64,000 nt of DNA from Hydrolagus colliei (Eukaryota). The translations under genes were made by a program, and so were the position numbers. The notes below the pieces were generated by a model. That model saw only the letters and a list, made by a program, of their open reading frames with translations. It ran no database searches and was not told where the DNA came from. Shown here in pieces: positions 25,161 to 38,060 of the stretch. Location: contig CM068742.1 of the NCBI GenBank assembly GCA_035084275.1, positions 126,480,001-126,544,000 on the forward strand, written 5' to 3'. The number at the start of each line of letters is the position of its first letter. The first letter of the stretch is position 1.

Positions 25161-27414
25161 AGTACCAATTTCATAATTTAGTATTTGTTTGTTTGGGACT
25201 GAACCAGAATAGGCTGCCATATTCACCTACAAAATACACAGGCAATGAAAAAATTAAAGAATATAATTAAATATAATTAATTCCAAGTTATAAATAGCAA
25301 TAATCTATTCACTCCCTGTCTATTTTGTAGGTAAATGTAACAGCCAGTTTGCACACAACTATCCATAGATTATCCAGTATGTCTCACAAATAATCCAGCA
25401 TCCAGAGCAATACCTCTCTAGCCATTTTGATTTGATTTGCCACTATCTTTGTCTTTAATATACCGAGTATTTTTATGATTATAAACAACAGCTGCACTGC
25501 CTTGTAATTCAAGATTTCCCTGACTGATACTGACAGACTGGAGTGTGAAAGCATTCTTCACAAATTAAGGGAGAAGAAAGTGTTCACTCGCCAAAACCTG
25601 TCAATAGGGACATTGTACAAACCAACTGCATTTTCTCTCCTTGTGATAATTAGCACCAGCGATCACATGTATTGTGAGTAAAGTTGATATAGGAAAAACC
25701 CAGTTGTTGCTTTCAAAAAAATATGAACATTTCTCAGAGTTATATAGAGCAATATTTTTTTCACTACCTGTGAATTTTGTAGGCAAGCATGGAAGGCAGT
25801 TTGCATACAGTCATACATAGAGTATCCAGTAATAACAATGAAGTGAAAGACTTGTATTTTTACCTGGGGGATTGTTGGCATAAGAAACTTTTAAGTTTTC
25901 CACCTGAAAAAGCACAAGCAGAACTTTGGTTTTGTGCCTCATTTGAAGGACCAGTGTCTCCAACAATGTAACAAGCCCTAACCCCTGAGTGGTCTATATC
26001 TGATATCTTAGGCCTGGTCAATAAAAGATTTTACCGAGAAGAACGTGAATTTCCACCCTTCCAGCGCAGATCAAACTTAGAAAAATAAATTTGAATCGCA
26101 AAACACCCTACAAAGCACTCTAAGGCCTACAATTGAAACACAAACGTACGTCCCTTCAGCCCCTCCACCTCACCCTTCTTTATCTACTTTTAAGTCCCAA
26201 TTTAAGACTTACATCTTCAATTGCATCTATAATCATCTCCCCCTCCCCTTTTTCTCTTGCTCCATGTCCAACACTGCTAATATGTAGTGCTCCAAAACGC
26301 TATCCAGTGAACATTTGTAGTAATGTAAATCAACATGAGTAATTATGCTTTAAACATTGCAGAGTTTGCTCCATTAGGGGCTTAATAGCAAAGGCTGTAC
26401 TCAGTGAGCTATTGCAATGCAGAATTAATAGATATTTGAATGGATGCAAAATTAGAGTTTGCTCAATTAAGAGAATCTCAAAACAATTGGATTAATTTCT
26501 GGCTTGGAGCTACAGTATAACTACTGGGTATAGTAGTGTGAGAGTATTTTAAGATACAATGATGAAAAAACACAGAGCTCCCTTAAAAATTCATCAACAA
26601 TACAATCCCTGTACTGATGCTTCGTAAATACTCTAGAGAGAATGACAAGAATTACATTAACTGAGTATAAACAGCGCCTTGTCCACATCAATTATTGAGT
26701 CTCGCTGGGGAAATGAAGATATCATAATCCATCAAATATGGTGACTGAGAGGCCTTTTACTTAAAGAAATGTTGCACTTTAGTTGGTATTATAGTAATCC
26801 TTGCATTTGATGTACCACCTTTTACATCAGGAAGACATCTCATAGCTTTCGCAGAATTTACCATGAAGTAACGTCATGAATAGTTATCAGGAAACTGGGA
26901 GAAACAGCATATTTCCAGCGCTACATTTGAGCAACATTTTGGACCAGAGATGTTCAATTGACAGGTGTGTGAACTTGAAACCCACTCATCCTCCAAAGTC
27001 TCCCAGATATTCAAAATTCTCTTTGACTATACCTCTGGAGAATAGTCAGAAATAACCCAGTTTGAAACTAATTAATATTATGATTATTGATAATAAACAT
27101 AATTATAACATAAGTACACTAATGAAATATGTTTGAAAGAATGAAAAGTACAAATGTAAGGCTTGCATAAGCTGAAGAAGATACATTGGAAGGTTGTACA
27201 AAAGCCCTGATGACAATTTCACAAATATGAAAGCAGATTCAGATAAAGATGATGTATATAGATTGTTGGTGCATGGGGATTTATACAAAATTCTGTTTGT
27301 GTCCCTTTGCTTCTCCCCTAACTCTTCCATTTCCTTTCACTTCCTTTGTTCTCCACTTTCATTCCGACGTTTTGTTATCCGTGCTTCTTTGATAGCCAAA
27401 CCTGGCATAATCGT

Positions 27415-27557
27415 ATCAAAAAACCGCAAAATACTGCAGATGCTGGAAATCTGAAACAAAAACAGAAAACGCTAGGAACACTTAGCAGGTCAGGCAGCAT
27501 CTATGGAGAAAGAAAAAGTTAGTCAATGTTTCGGGTCCTCGCCAGCTTCGTCAGAAC
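27415..27557 (-). mobile_element. Penelope-like terminal-repeat fragment carrying a hammerhead motif
   Basis: Minus strand of 27521-27557 reads gttCTGACGAagctggcgaggacccGAAAcaTTgact. Confidence 0.75.
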
Positions 27558-28621
27558 ATGTTTGAGGGCTCTGAGACACCGTCCAGGATGGAGGGCACTA
27601 TATAAATCCAAGTTGTTGTTTTTTTGAGCTATAAAAAATGGCTATTAAATCACAATGTTACTTTGCCTCCTGATATTAGCTTTTCCTTACGTGAATTGGG
27701 CTCACATCAACCCAGCCCTCTGAGATCCACAACTAAATAAAATTTTGATTTTGATTCTGATGGAAAGGGAGAGTACTGGCTCCATGATATACTCTGTGCA
27801 TGTTGTTGAATTTTGCGGCGCTTTGGGATGTCCTCCCGACGTGGAAGGCACTTTCTAAGTGCAATTTTGTGTTGTTGTTGTTGTTGAATGTAAAAGTGAT
27901 CTGTTCAGCCTGATCGAACAGTTTAGACGGCAGAGAAGCAGAGTGGATACTGGTCAGTTAATTTCACCATAGCCGGTCCCTATGACAATCCTGAATCCTA
28001 AATCCTAAAGTAAGTCTGAAGAAAGGGGGAAAATATCTTCCACTGACTAATTAGCATTTTTTTTTGTTACAATGTTTACACATTCTAAAAGGTTTTCAAA
28101 CTGATTGGAACATGTTGCTTATATATCGCTGCATGAAGAATAGCTGCCATCAATTTAGGGGTTTGTACTTTTTCCTCAGCAAACCATAATTGGTTGTAAT
28201 GACCTCAGAAGTTATGAGGGATATTGGTAGTGTCTGGTGTTGTTTGAACCCAGGGACCAGTTAAGTTTTGTACATGTTCATTGGGGTTTATCTTACATGA
28301 AAGTGGAAGCCCTTAAAGCTTGCTTTGGCTGTTAAATACAGAATGAAACATGCACTCGATGTTTGAATCAATGCCTTATATAGATAGGGTAATTAACAGG
28401 TATTCTTGCCTGACTTGGGAAAAACGTTATCTTGTGCCAATTACTTAACCCAGATTTTGCAATGAGTGACTAGTGCTGCACTCAGATCCCTCACTGCTCT
28501 ATCTGAACCAGAATCATAACTGGTAGAACACAAATTTCACAAATGATTAGTTATATCAACAAATAAAGTCCAAGGTAATATTTCCCAATACAATTATATT
28601 ATTTGAACACAGTACTTGGAA

Positions 28622-28912
28622 GAATCCTTGCATTGCATGGGAGCTATTCATGTCTTCTAGATGTCTCAAAGTGCTTCACAGATTATTCTGTAAAGTGAAT
28701 TGACTGCATATATGTGGGCGAAATGCGGCAGCCAAATGCGCACAGTGGTGTCCCGCAAACAGTCGTTGATTTAAATTATCAATTTTATTTTTGAGGGATT
28801 GTTAATAGGCATGTGGAGTAAGGAAACTTGCCCAAGATTTTGCCCTGCTTGGAATCGAACTCAGGTCTCTCACTTATAAAGCGAGAGCTCTAACCACTGA
28901 GCTGCAGGACTC
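28622..28912 (-). mobile_element. tRNA-headed SINE, full length, short subfamily
   Basis: aatccttgcatt...ctctaaccactgagctgcaggactcc. Confidence 0.92.
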
Positions 28913-29104
28913 CATTATAATGAAGTGTAAAGATTATTAATGTTGATAAGAGTCCATGAATCACTCAGTGGCCCTTTGCTTTCCTAATCAAGATGAAATC
29001 AGAATAAATATACAATTTTGTAAATTAGGAGTGGAACAAAGTTACTCTCATTCCAGCCTGAATACAAAGGAGAAAGAACTACCACTTTTTTTTCAAATGG
29101 AACC

Positions 29105-29245
29105 TTAACAGCAACCAGAAGTGGGAATCTTAGCCATTTTCCGCATCCCAAGCCCAATTACACTGAGGTCAATTATAATGTTTTAACCGTTGACTTAACT
29201 GAGAGCAGCTAACTCAGCACAAATCAAGAATTATACCTGGGAATT
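29105..29245 (-). mobile_element. Old SINE-like fragment of a different family
   Basis: Minus strand ccaggtataattc...tgtgctgagttagctgctctcag resembles a tRNA B-box followed by a repeat I recall from shark genomes; not verified. Confidence 0.35.
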
Positions 29246-32207
29246 TTAGATGAGAGCAATCAGTTCTTGATATGTGTGTTGCCTACAATCCCATCAAGCT
29301 CGCTATGAAGTGAAATACTGGAAAGAACTCAGTTGACAAAAGTAAATATGATGGATACATCTTATTCTCTCATGTCCTGGCATAAACTTGTGTTCTAACC
29401 TAATGGAACATTGTTATTTTGCATGTTGTTGCTTCTGCCCATCCTTCTTATATCTATCCTTGTTTAATATAAACCTAATAAAAAGGTAAATTTTTTAGCG
29501 AACACAAAATGACACATATATTTATATGTCTCATTTCCTTATGTCTCATTGTCTTAACCAGCAAGCTAAATGCCCCCTACAACCACCCACTCCCCTCAAA
29601 CCACCTGCACCCACGCCCCCCCACACACACTTACAAAACTAATTTTACTAAATTAAAACTAAAGGGAAGATGTTTAAAAAGTTAGGTACTGTATAATGTT
29701 AACTTTTAATGGAATATTCTTAAATCTAAGATCTTGGATTAAATCTGATCTGGGGAGAGGGAACAAACTTAACGAAGTGTAACATCCCTTTACAATTCAG
29801 GTTGTTTTCCTCCCAAATCCACATAGGGATTAATTATCCACTTGACATTGATGGCAGTGCTTTGTAAATGTTTCACTTCTCCAGCTGTTGCTGACACAGA
29901 GACGCAAGCCAGTAGTAATTCCAGAGCAACTCTGGCCTTTACGCTCTGCCCAATGCTTCTAATGGGCCTGTGTGATTTTTGGCGTTCAAAATTAAAGAGA
30001 GGGACTTTTTGCTTTTGGGGAAAGAAATGATCTAATTTGTGTGATGCTATTGAACTGTTTTCGGAGATGATCTCTGTTATAATTTACAACAGGCTTCTCT
30101 TCTGTAAAGCAGAAGGAAGTCTTTTATTTTATTGCATTTAAGTGGGTATGATAAAGAGCTCCCTCTCACCCTCTAACTCTCTATCACTTCCAACCAGACC
30201 TTTCAGAGTGATGAGGCTCCTGTGAAGTGGCAGACACTAGGGAACCGGGGAAGCTATTTGTGGAGGCCAAAATGCTTAATGAATGCGGTAGAAGACCCAA
30301 AAGAGAAAAGATGCAGGCTGAAATAAATGGGCCCAAGGGAAACGAGAAGGTTGGCTGCTCTGTAGTTTGGAGAAATAAAGGGAAAACTGCAGACATTGAA
30401 AATTTTAAACATAAAACAAACCACAGAGGTCAATGGACATCAGACACTGCCCTTTATCGAAACTGAGGATTCAATATTATTAGAAGGCACTTGTATTAAC
30501 AAGTTGGGGAGTAGCTATATGACATTTCATAACTAATTTAATCAGCTAATTTAATGCAGCTGTCAAGATGGTGATCAACAAATGTGGATTTTGAGCAAAG
30601 GATGATGTGGCTCATTCAGTGGCCAACTGTAGGGATAAAATTAAAAGTTTGATATTTCATGAAAGTTACTATGTGATGATTATTGTATTGACATATTATA
30701 TCTGTTATAACCCATCAACTTTTTTCATCATCAATGAAATGAATGGGTGAGTGGGTTTCTGTGTTAAATCAGCTCCAGTGAGTCACTACGCGTCCAGATC
30801 CATATAAAGTTCCCTTTTTTGCAGGAAAGAGGAACACTTGAGTGGTGTGAACTCCAGGTAAAACTGCAAAAAGTGCTTCAAAAAGTCATTTTGGTTATCC
30901 AAAGACAAAATGTGTTTGCGCTCTTCTGTGTAGTAAAGTTTCCATCAGTTACTTGTGCAACTCAAATGAAAAACAGTGATGATAGTAACATAAAGTAGTT
31001 GCAATTGACAAATCACCTCTGTCCAGTATTTCTACAATGTGCTTTATTATTGCTTTTGGTGTCATCATACTTTCTGCTGTTATGATAGTGTTATGTAGAA
31101 AGTACAGTACTTGTATTATCATTAATATTCACTTTAATATGTTTGAATGACTAATTGTTGCATCTTTGCACACTGTTTAGCACATAAATTGCTATTATTG
31201 TTACATTAAGTCAACAACAGCAGCAACTTATGTTTATAAATTATTTCACTGCGCCTTCAGCACCCTCCTACCCTCCCTGCCTTCCACTCTCCTTGAACGC
31301 CTCCCTCCCCCGTTCTCAGGTCCAAATCCCTGACTGTCCAGCACCTTAGGATATCCTCCTGATATGAAAAGCGCTATACAAATATAATTTTGTATTGAAT
31401 ATAGCACCAACAATTTACATTCTCAGATACATTCTGCTCTTCTCTGCCCCCTCCACTCAATTAATCCGGGATTGATTCCAGCTTCTGTCCTCTGCACAAC
31501 ACCTTTCATGGCTGTGATAGTGGAGCCAAGTGATGTTGGGGGTGATGGTAAAGGCCACAGGCTGCAGAGTTCCAGATATTCTGCAGCATATGTAGACATG
31601 ATGGAAATGATGAAGATAAAATTATTTAAATGCAGGTTGTTGTTGTTTTATTGAATGTATGGATGAGGGGTTTGGCAGCCTGGAGAAGCATCTATCTCAA
31701 AAACAGTGTTCAGAGATGATGTTGTATGCCAAGTAGAGAGGATGGGCAAGAGGGGAGCTGACTTTAGACATAGTTGAAAAAGTGGATTTTAAACAGAGGT
31801 AGAAAGGGGGTCAAGATAGAAGGATTTAGGGAAGTAGTTTCACAAGACATTTATATCTTGAGTGGGCCATCGATGGCGTGGACGGGGTGAGTAATTTGCA
31901 TCGAAAAAATTTGATGAGCAAGAGAGTAAATTTAGACTAGGTCCCACAGATAAGGCAGAGAATGTGTGATGTTCTGAAGGTTCTATAAATTATAATAAAA
32001 TGTTTACATTACTAGCAGAGAAATGATGCTTAGCTGCCTTATTTCCTATGCTTTGCCAGGTGACATAAAAGTTTCAAGTGCATTGGATTGATATTAAAAG
32101 GTGCAGTGGAATAGAAACATATACTAATTTTCTGCTTTTTCTCAAAATTGCACTTGCAAAACATTTTTGTCTAATGCATAGTACAGCTTGGCACATTCCC
32201 ATGGATA

Positions 32208-32505
32208 AACAACAACAACAACAAAATTGTTTATAGAGTGCCTTTCACGTCAGCAGGACGTCCAATGGTGCTGAACAATTAGGTCAGGACCTGAGCAAGT
32301 GGGGAAGGGTCGGGGTAGGGGCAAGTGGATGAAGAGTAGGAAAGGAGGAAGAGTTAGGAGGACAGCAGAAGGCACGGTCGAAGAGGAAGGTCTCAAGACT
32401 GGCCTTGAAGGAGGAAAGGGAGGAAGTGAGGTGGAGGATTGCGGGATGGAGTTCCAGAGTGTGGGGGCAGAGAGGCTGAAAGCCCGGCCACCGATGGTAG
32501 GGCGG
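32208..32505 (-). mobile_element. L2 LINE 3' end
   Basis: (caa)n tail; RPTIGGRAFSLSAPTLWNSIPQS. Confidence 0.9.
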
Positions 32506-33579
32506 AGTTTATGTAGTAACAAACACTGTTCCCATCTAACAACATCGTAATGTGCTATACACCATGTGCTGGAGAATCTGTTTACAGCTGGGGATGTGAA
32601 TTTTACATCTGTTGAATTTGTCAACTTATGTTGGTCACAATTCCATCACGTTCTTCCTCAATGTCTGCTAATATCTTTTCTTTACCTTATGGACTGCGAT
32701 ATTCTTCATTATCATTTGTATAATTAATTAATATCGGGTTAGGAATGAGATTAAGGGTTGAACGAATACATAAAGATAATTAAATGCTATCAGAGCTGTA
32801 ATGCCTATCAAATGTTGGAGAAATCAAACCAATAATAATAATATTATTCCAGTGCATTTGATATAGCATCTTTCTAGCACTTTGGGACACTGCCCTGTGT
32901 GAAGGGCCTTATTTATATCAAGCTGTTGTAGTCATGTCAGTGGGAGATCTCAAATGCTTAACAGGATTTACTGTAAAATGTAGTGAACTAATGTTTTTTT
33001 TGTATTTTCATCCGAAGCAAGGAAGCTAATTATTAAACATATTTAAAGTGGACAATAAGTATTTAGAAAGTTTGCTAGATTTACCACTGAAAGCGAAAAG
33101 CAACATTGCAGTAGCACTTTTTTAGAAGATTGAATGAGTTGAATGACAAATGAGATCAAACATGGTGTGTGAAAGGAATGGCCTTGGTGGGTTGAATCAC
33201 TAATTATTGTTTGCTTTCTTTAATTTGTCAATACAAAGTGAAGTAAAGCACGCAGAAAGAAAGTGTTTTGAGTGAACAGTTGAATGAGAAACAAAACAAA
33301 TCTTGCTGAATGCACAGAAATCCATGGCGAAGGAAAGCATTAATGCAAATACAAAAGTAACAAAAGGATATGGAATTCATAGTCAGTGCACACAAAATCA
33401 AGACAAATGTGTGAAATGTAAATTCAAATGAGCTGAAACCATGTTAAATTCGTAATGAAATATAACGGACCGAACACGGAATTAAATGAAGTACAGTACT
33501 GTAAATTGATATGATGTCATACACAAAAGAAGAACAATCGTGAGGATTGTTGAGTATAGGAGCTGAATCCTATGTTAAC

Positions 33580-34055
33580 TGCACTGACTCCCTGTCATAG
33601 AACAGATCGACTTCAAGATCCTCACTCTCGTGTTTAAATTCCTCTGTTCCTCAGCAAACCCCAACAACAACAACAATAAAATTACACTTGTATAGCGCCT
33701 TTCACTTCAGGAGGACATCCCAAGGCGCTGGACAGTTACTGCTAAACTCCTCTCTCCTCACAGCAGTACCCAAACCTTCTGGGTCCGGCCTCCTCCAGTT
33801 CCACAAAACCTCTACTCCACCATCGGCGGCCGAGCTTTCAGCCACTACATCCCAAAACTGTAAAACTTCCTCCCGCAACATCTTTGCCTCACTCCCTCCT
33901 TTCCCATCTTCAGGTCATGCCTGAAGACTGACCTTTTTCTTTGACCACGCCTTCCCCCTCCCACTGGCTTGGCTTTGGGCTCCGCCATTATGAAGCGCTC
34001 TGAGATGCCGCACGGTGTGGAGGACAGTATATAAATGCAAATTGTTGTTGTTGTT
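33580..34055 (+). mobile_element. L2 3' fragment with nested opposite-strand L2 tail (33662-33737)
   Basis: gatcgacttcaagatcctc... with tail ttgttgttgttg at 34042-34055; internal caacaacaac...gcgctggacag. Confidence 0.75.
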
Positions 34056-36169
34056 AAATAAAATATGCTGAACTATTAAGAAATGCAAAGCCAAACAAAC
34101 AAGCACTTACAACTTCAGATGTTTCTTGTGCCTGAAGTAGATTTAGCCATAAATTGTAAACTAGTTGGAGAGAGATATTGTTTCCGGCTCCATAGTTCTT
34201 GCAAGTCATGTAACTAATTAGAATTAAGTAATAAAAAAAATTGATGCTTTAACGGCAAGGAAATGAAAGATGTATAGAGCTGACTGTTCCGATGAGATGA
34301 AAGTAAATATGATAATGCCGTATCTTCAGCAGTGTACAAACAAAGAAAATGAATGCTAGCTTCATAAAATGTTTCTGGGCGAGTAATTACAGCAGAGGCA
34401 ATATAAGATCAAGAGAAGTCAAGCAAACAAGGGATAAAGATATCATCATCGGTATAGGCACCTGTTAATTGCCTTATAGACAATCCCAATGCTACCCCGC
34501 ATCCCAGTCCCCACTACACCCCTCTCAAAGGATGGTAAATGTTACTTACTGACACATCGTATAATGAAACTGTTTCATCTGTACGATATTTCCTGGAGGA
34601 ACTAAATACTGTAATTAGAAACATTTTACAATAATCTAACATTACCTGATAATTTTCTAGACGGTTATTGTACTGTTTTAATCCAAAAGGTATTTTTATT
34701 GGAACAGTAATGGTTCATTGGGGAGGGGAGAGGGGAAAGGGGAATTGCTCAGATTTCCAATGCAAGGTATTGGTGTTCATTCAGTTCTCTCACAATGGCA
34801 AACAGACAGTTGTCAATTATATTGATAACACATTTATTAAATTTGGACAGTGTAAAGAAGAAGTTTAGATCACAGCCAGTACTAATCTCACAATAGTGTT
34901 AAGGCCCAGGTGAATCAGAATTTAATTCAAAAGCACAGTGTTAAAGAACATAAGAAACAAAACCATCCCTTCATCAAATAATATTAGTCCTTGCATTTGA
35001 TATAACGCTTTTCACGTCTTCTTGATGTTTCAAAGCGCTTCACAGAATATACTGTAAAGTATATTATTTACAATACTTCTAACTATAGTTCACTTGCCCT
35101 ACTGTTGTGGTTCAATCTGGAAAACATTTTGGGATAACAGTTTTGATACCATTGAATATTTTAAATATTTCAAAGAGGCCTCTTCTCAGATATCATCTTT
35201 CTGGATCATAAAGGTTTGCTGGAATATTAGCTGAGCTCATATTTCCACTAAGTACATCCTTATTCTCTGTACATCCTTGTTACAATGGTAGGAGGCATTC
35301 TTCAAATGAAAAATAATTTTGAGCATAATACATTGGGATTTACTGTTAGGTGGAATGGCTGTGTGTTTTTGTTGGTGAATGCCATAGAAAAACATGGAGA
35401 TGACCGATCATTGATTCTTTTGTGCGTGATTGGTTCAGATAAACTAATTGTCTGCTCTTTCCTGAAAATTTTATTTCTTAATAAAAATCTTTACATTCGT
35501 TATAATGCCATATCATATCTTTTGGATGTCTCAAAGTACTTCGCAGAATATACTGTAAAATATTGTATAAAAATGCGCTATATATTTTGTGGGCAAAACA
35601 TTACCTTGTCAGAAAGTTGGCCAATGAATATTTCTCACTCTGGTGAATAAATTTGACCCCACCATATCAAAACTCACCCTGTGTACTCTTCCACTAGTAC
35701 TCGTATTCAAGCAAGATCTTCGAGCCTATTGATCTCCCTTGGTTAACTATCTTTATACAATCTAGCAAATATGAAGTTAACTTCCTCAGCAGTTACTCAG
35801 CAGTTAAAGCTCATGATGATTTTACTGGAAGTCAGCCAGTGCTACTAACTGAATCCATCCTTTGTAATTGCTTAATGGGAGCTTTCTAAATGCAGTATCT
35901 TTAGGAACTAACTATTTCTCCTCAGTATGACAGATGTACTCTTTCTAAAACAGATAATAATATAAGAAGAATGTTTTAAGAACACTTGGTAATTAGTTTT
36001 CAAGAACCTGCCAGTTTAGCCACTTCACACAAGCTAATTGGCTTTATATTTTAGGAATTTAACTTATCTATTGTTCATCGTTGGTTATGCTATTAATATG
36101 TGATTTGAAACAGTTTCAAGAGGGTAAATTTCTTCATGTTGTTAAATATAGTAACAGTGTTAAAAGGGT

Positions 36170-36670
36170 CATAAACTAGGTCATAAACCCTCATCCACAC
36201 ATTCATCACATTTAGGCTCAACTATGCCAACTTCCTACCTGTCAGCCTTCACAAGTTCTCTCTACAAGCTGCAGATCATCCTGAACTCTGCAGCTCTTGT
36301 CCTTCCCTGCACTCGACTCCATAACCCTATCACCTCCACTCTCACCTGGCTCTATGGCTTCCTATCCCTCAGAAGATAAAGTTCAAAATTCTCGTCCTCC
36401 CCTTTAGGCACTCCATAGCCTTGATGTTTCCTACCTCTGTGACCTGCTGACCCCATATCAACCTGACTGCTCCCTTTGCTCAGCAGGCTCCAAGACCCCG
36501 TCCGGCTCGTTCCACCACCAAGGGTTGGGCCTTGAGTCTCTCTATGCCCATGCTATGGAACTCCATCCCATATTCCCTTCGCCTCAAACGCTCCATTGCC
36601 ACCTTCAAGACAAGTCTCAAAACCTGCCTCTACACCCGAGCTTTTGGCCACCCTCCTACCTTCCCAATCT
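36170..36670 (+). mobile_element. Degraded L2 ORF2 C-terminal fragment
   Basis: aagctgcagatcatcctgaactctgcagc...ctatggaactccatccc. Confidence 0.8.
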
Positions 36671-37196
36671 GGGATTTTATTGCATTTTTTTAAGGGTGAA
36701 TTTGAAATCAGAGACGGAGGTTTGTGAGTTGAAGAAGTTTAGAGAAAGTCTTCCAGAGTGTCAAGTCAGGGTGCCTGAAGGCTCACCCACTGATGGTGGG
36801 ACAGGGGCACAGAAAGCAGATCTGAGTTGACATAGCAGAGAGAATGGGTATGCTGAGGGAGTGGCCTTTGACATTACTAGCTCAGAAAATGACATTAAGC
36901 ACAAGATTTCAGCTTCTGTATGCAAAAGTGTGCTTGCATATGGTCAGATTGTGTGAGAGAGACCTCCACATGCACAACAATGTGAGTGAAGGTTTATGAC
37001 TAGCATCTGCGTGGGTGTTTTGTACAAACAGAGAACATTGAGCTGCTGCTCGAACAGATCCTCTTCTCCTCTCATAAGCATGGTTTTAGTGTGAGTGTTG
37101 TTTCCTCAGTCGTGATTTTCTAGAGATCTGAGAGCACAGCCACTTAAAAATAACATCCTTGATGTTGTTGAAAAGCGGGGAGGGGGAGATTCAAAT

Positions 37197-38060
37197 ACAA
37201 CAACAACAACAACAACAAATTACATTTATAGAGCGCCTTTCACGTCGGGAGGACGTCCCAAGGCGCAGCACAGGAGGCTTGTGACCCGAGCTGAGAGGGG
37301 AGTGGTTGGGAAGGGGTGAAACACGAAGGGGAGGTAAAAAAGTTTGGGTGGAACAAAAGGCACGATCGAAGAGGAAAGTCTTCAGACCGGCCTTGAAAGA
37401 GGAAAGGGAAGAAACGAAACGGAGGGATTGAGGGATGGCATTCCATAGGGTGGGAGCGGAGAAACTGAAGGCCCGGCCTCCGATGGTGGGGCGGTTTGGG
37501 CGGGGGGCTTGGAGCAGGCCAAGTCCTGTTGAACGGAGGGTCCGGGTGGGCGTGTAGGGGGAGAGTAAATTGGTTAGATAGGGCGGGGCAAGGCCGTGTA
37601 AGGCCTTGTAAGTGAGGACGAGGATCTTGAACTCGATCCTCTGGAGGATGGGGAGCCAGTGGAGATGGGCGAGGGTGGGGGTTATGTGGTCGCGGAGGCG
37701 AGTGCGGGATAGTACACGGGCTGCAGAGTTTTGGATGACCTGCAGCCTGTGAATGGAGGAACTGGGGAGGCCGACGAGGAGAGAGTTTCCGTAGTCCAGC
37801 CGTGAGGTGATGTATGCATGCACGAGTGTTTCGGCAGCGCGGGGGGTGAGATAGTTGCGGAGCCTGGCAATGTTGCGCAGGTGGAAATAAGCAGTGCCTG
37901 TCAAGGCGCAGATGTGAGGGAGGAAGGAAAGTTTTTGATCGAACATGATGCCGAGGTTCCTGATTGGCTTTGTGAGGTGGAGAGTGCAGCCTTGGATATT
38001 GAGGCTGGCAGCGCCCGATGTGCGGAGGCGCTGGCTTGAACCAATCAGGAGGGCCTCGGT
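37197..38060 (-). mobile_element. Young 5'-truncated L2 LINE with open ORF2 C-terminus
   Basis: Uninterrupted frame TEALLIG...RNLGIMFDQKLSF...SRLDYGNSLL...LHWLPI...RAFSFSAPTLWN...LKTFLF; high GC and CpG; (caa)n tail. Confidence 0.97.

Noticed and set aside
29884-30030. Terminal exon encoding a GPI-signal-like peptide (AVADTETQASSNSRATLAFTLCPMLLMGLC...)
   Set aside because: Acceptor is plausible, but the hydrophobic stretch is followed by a basic tail and no upstream exons can be linked
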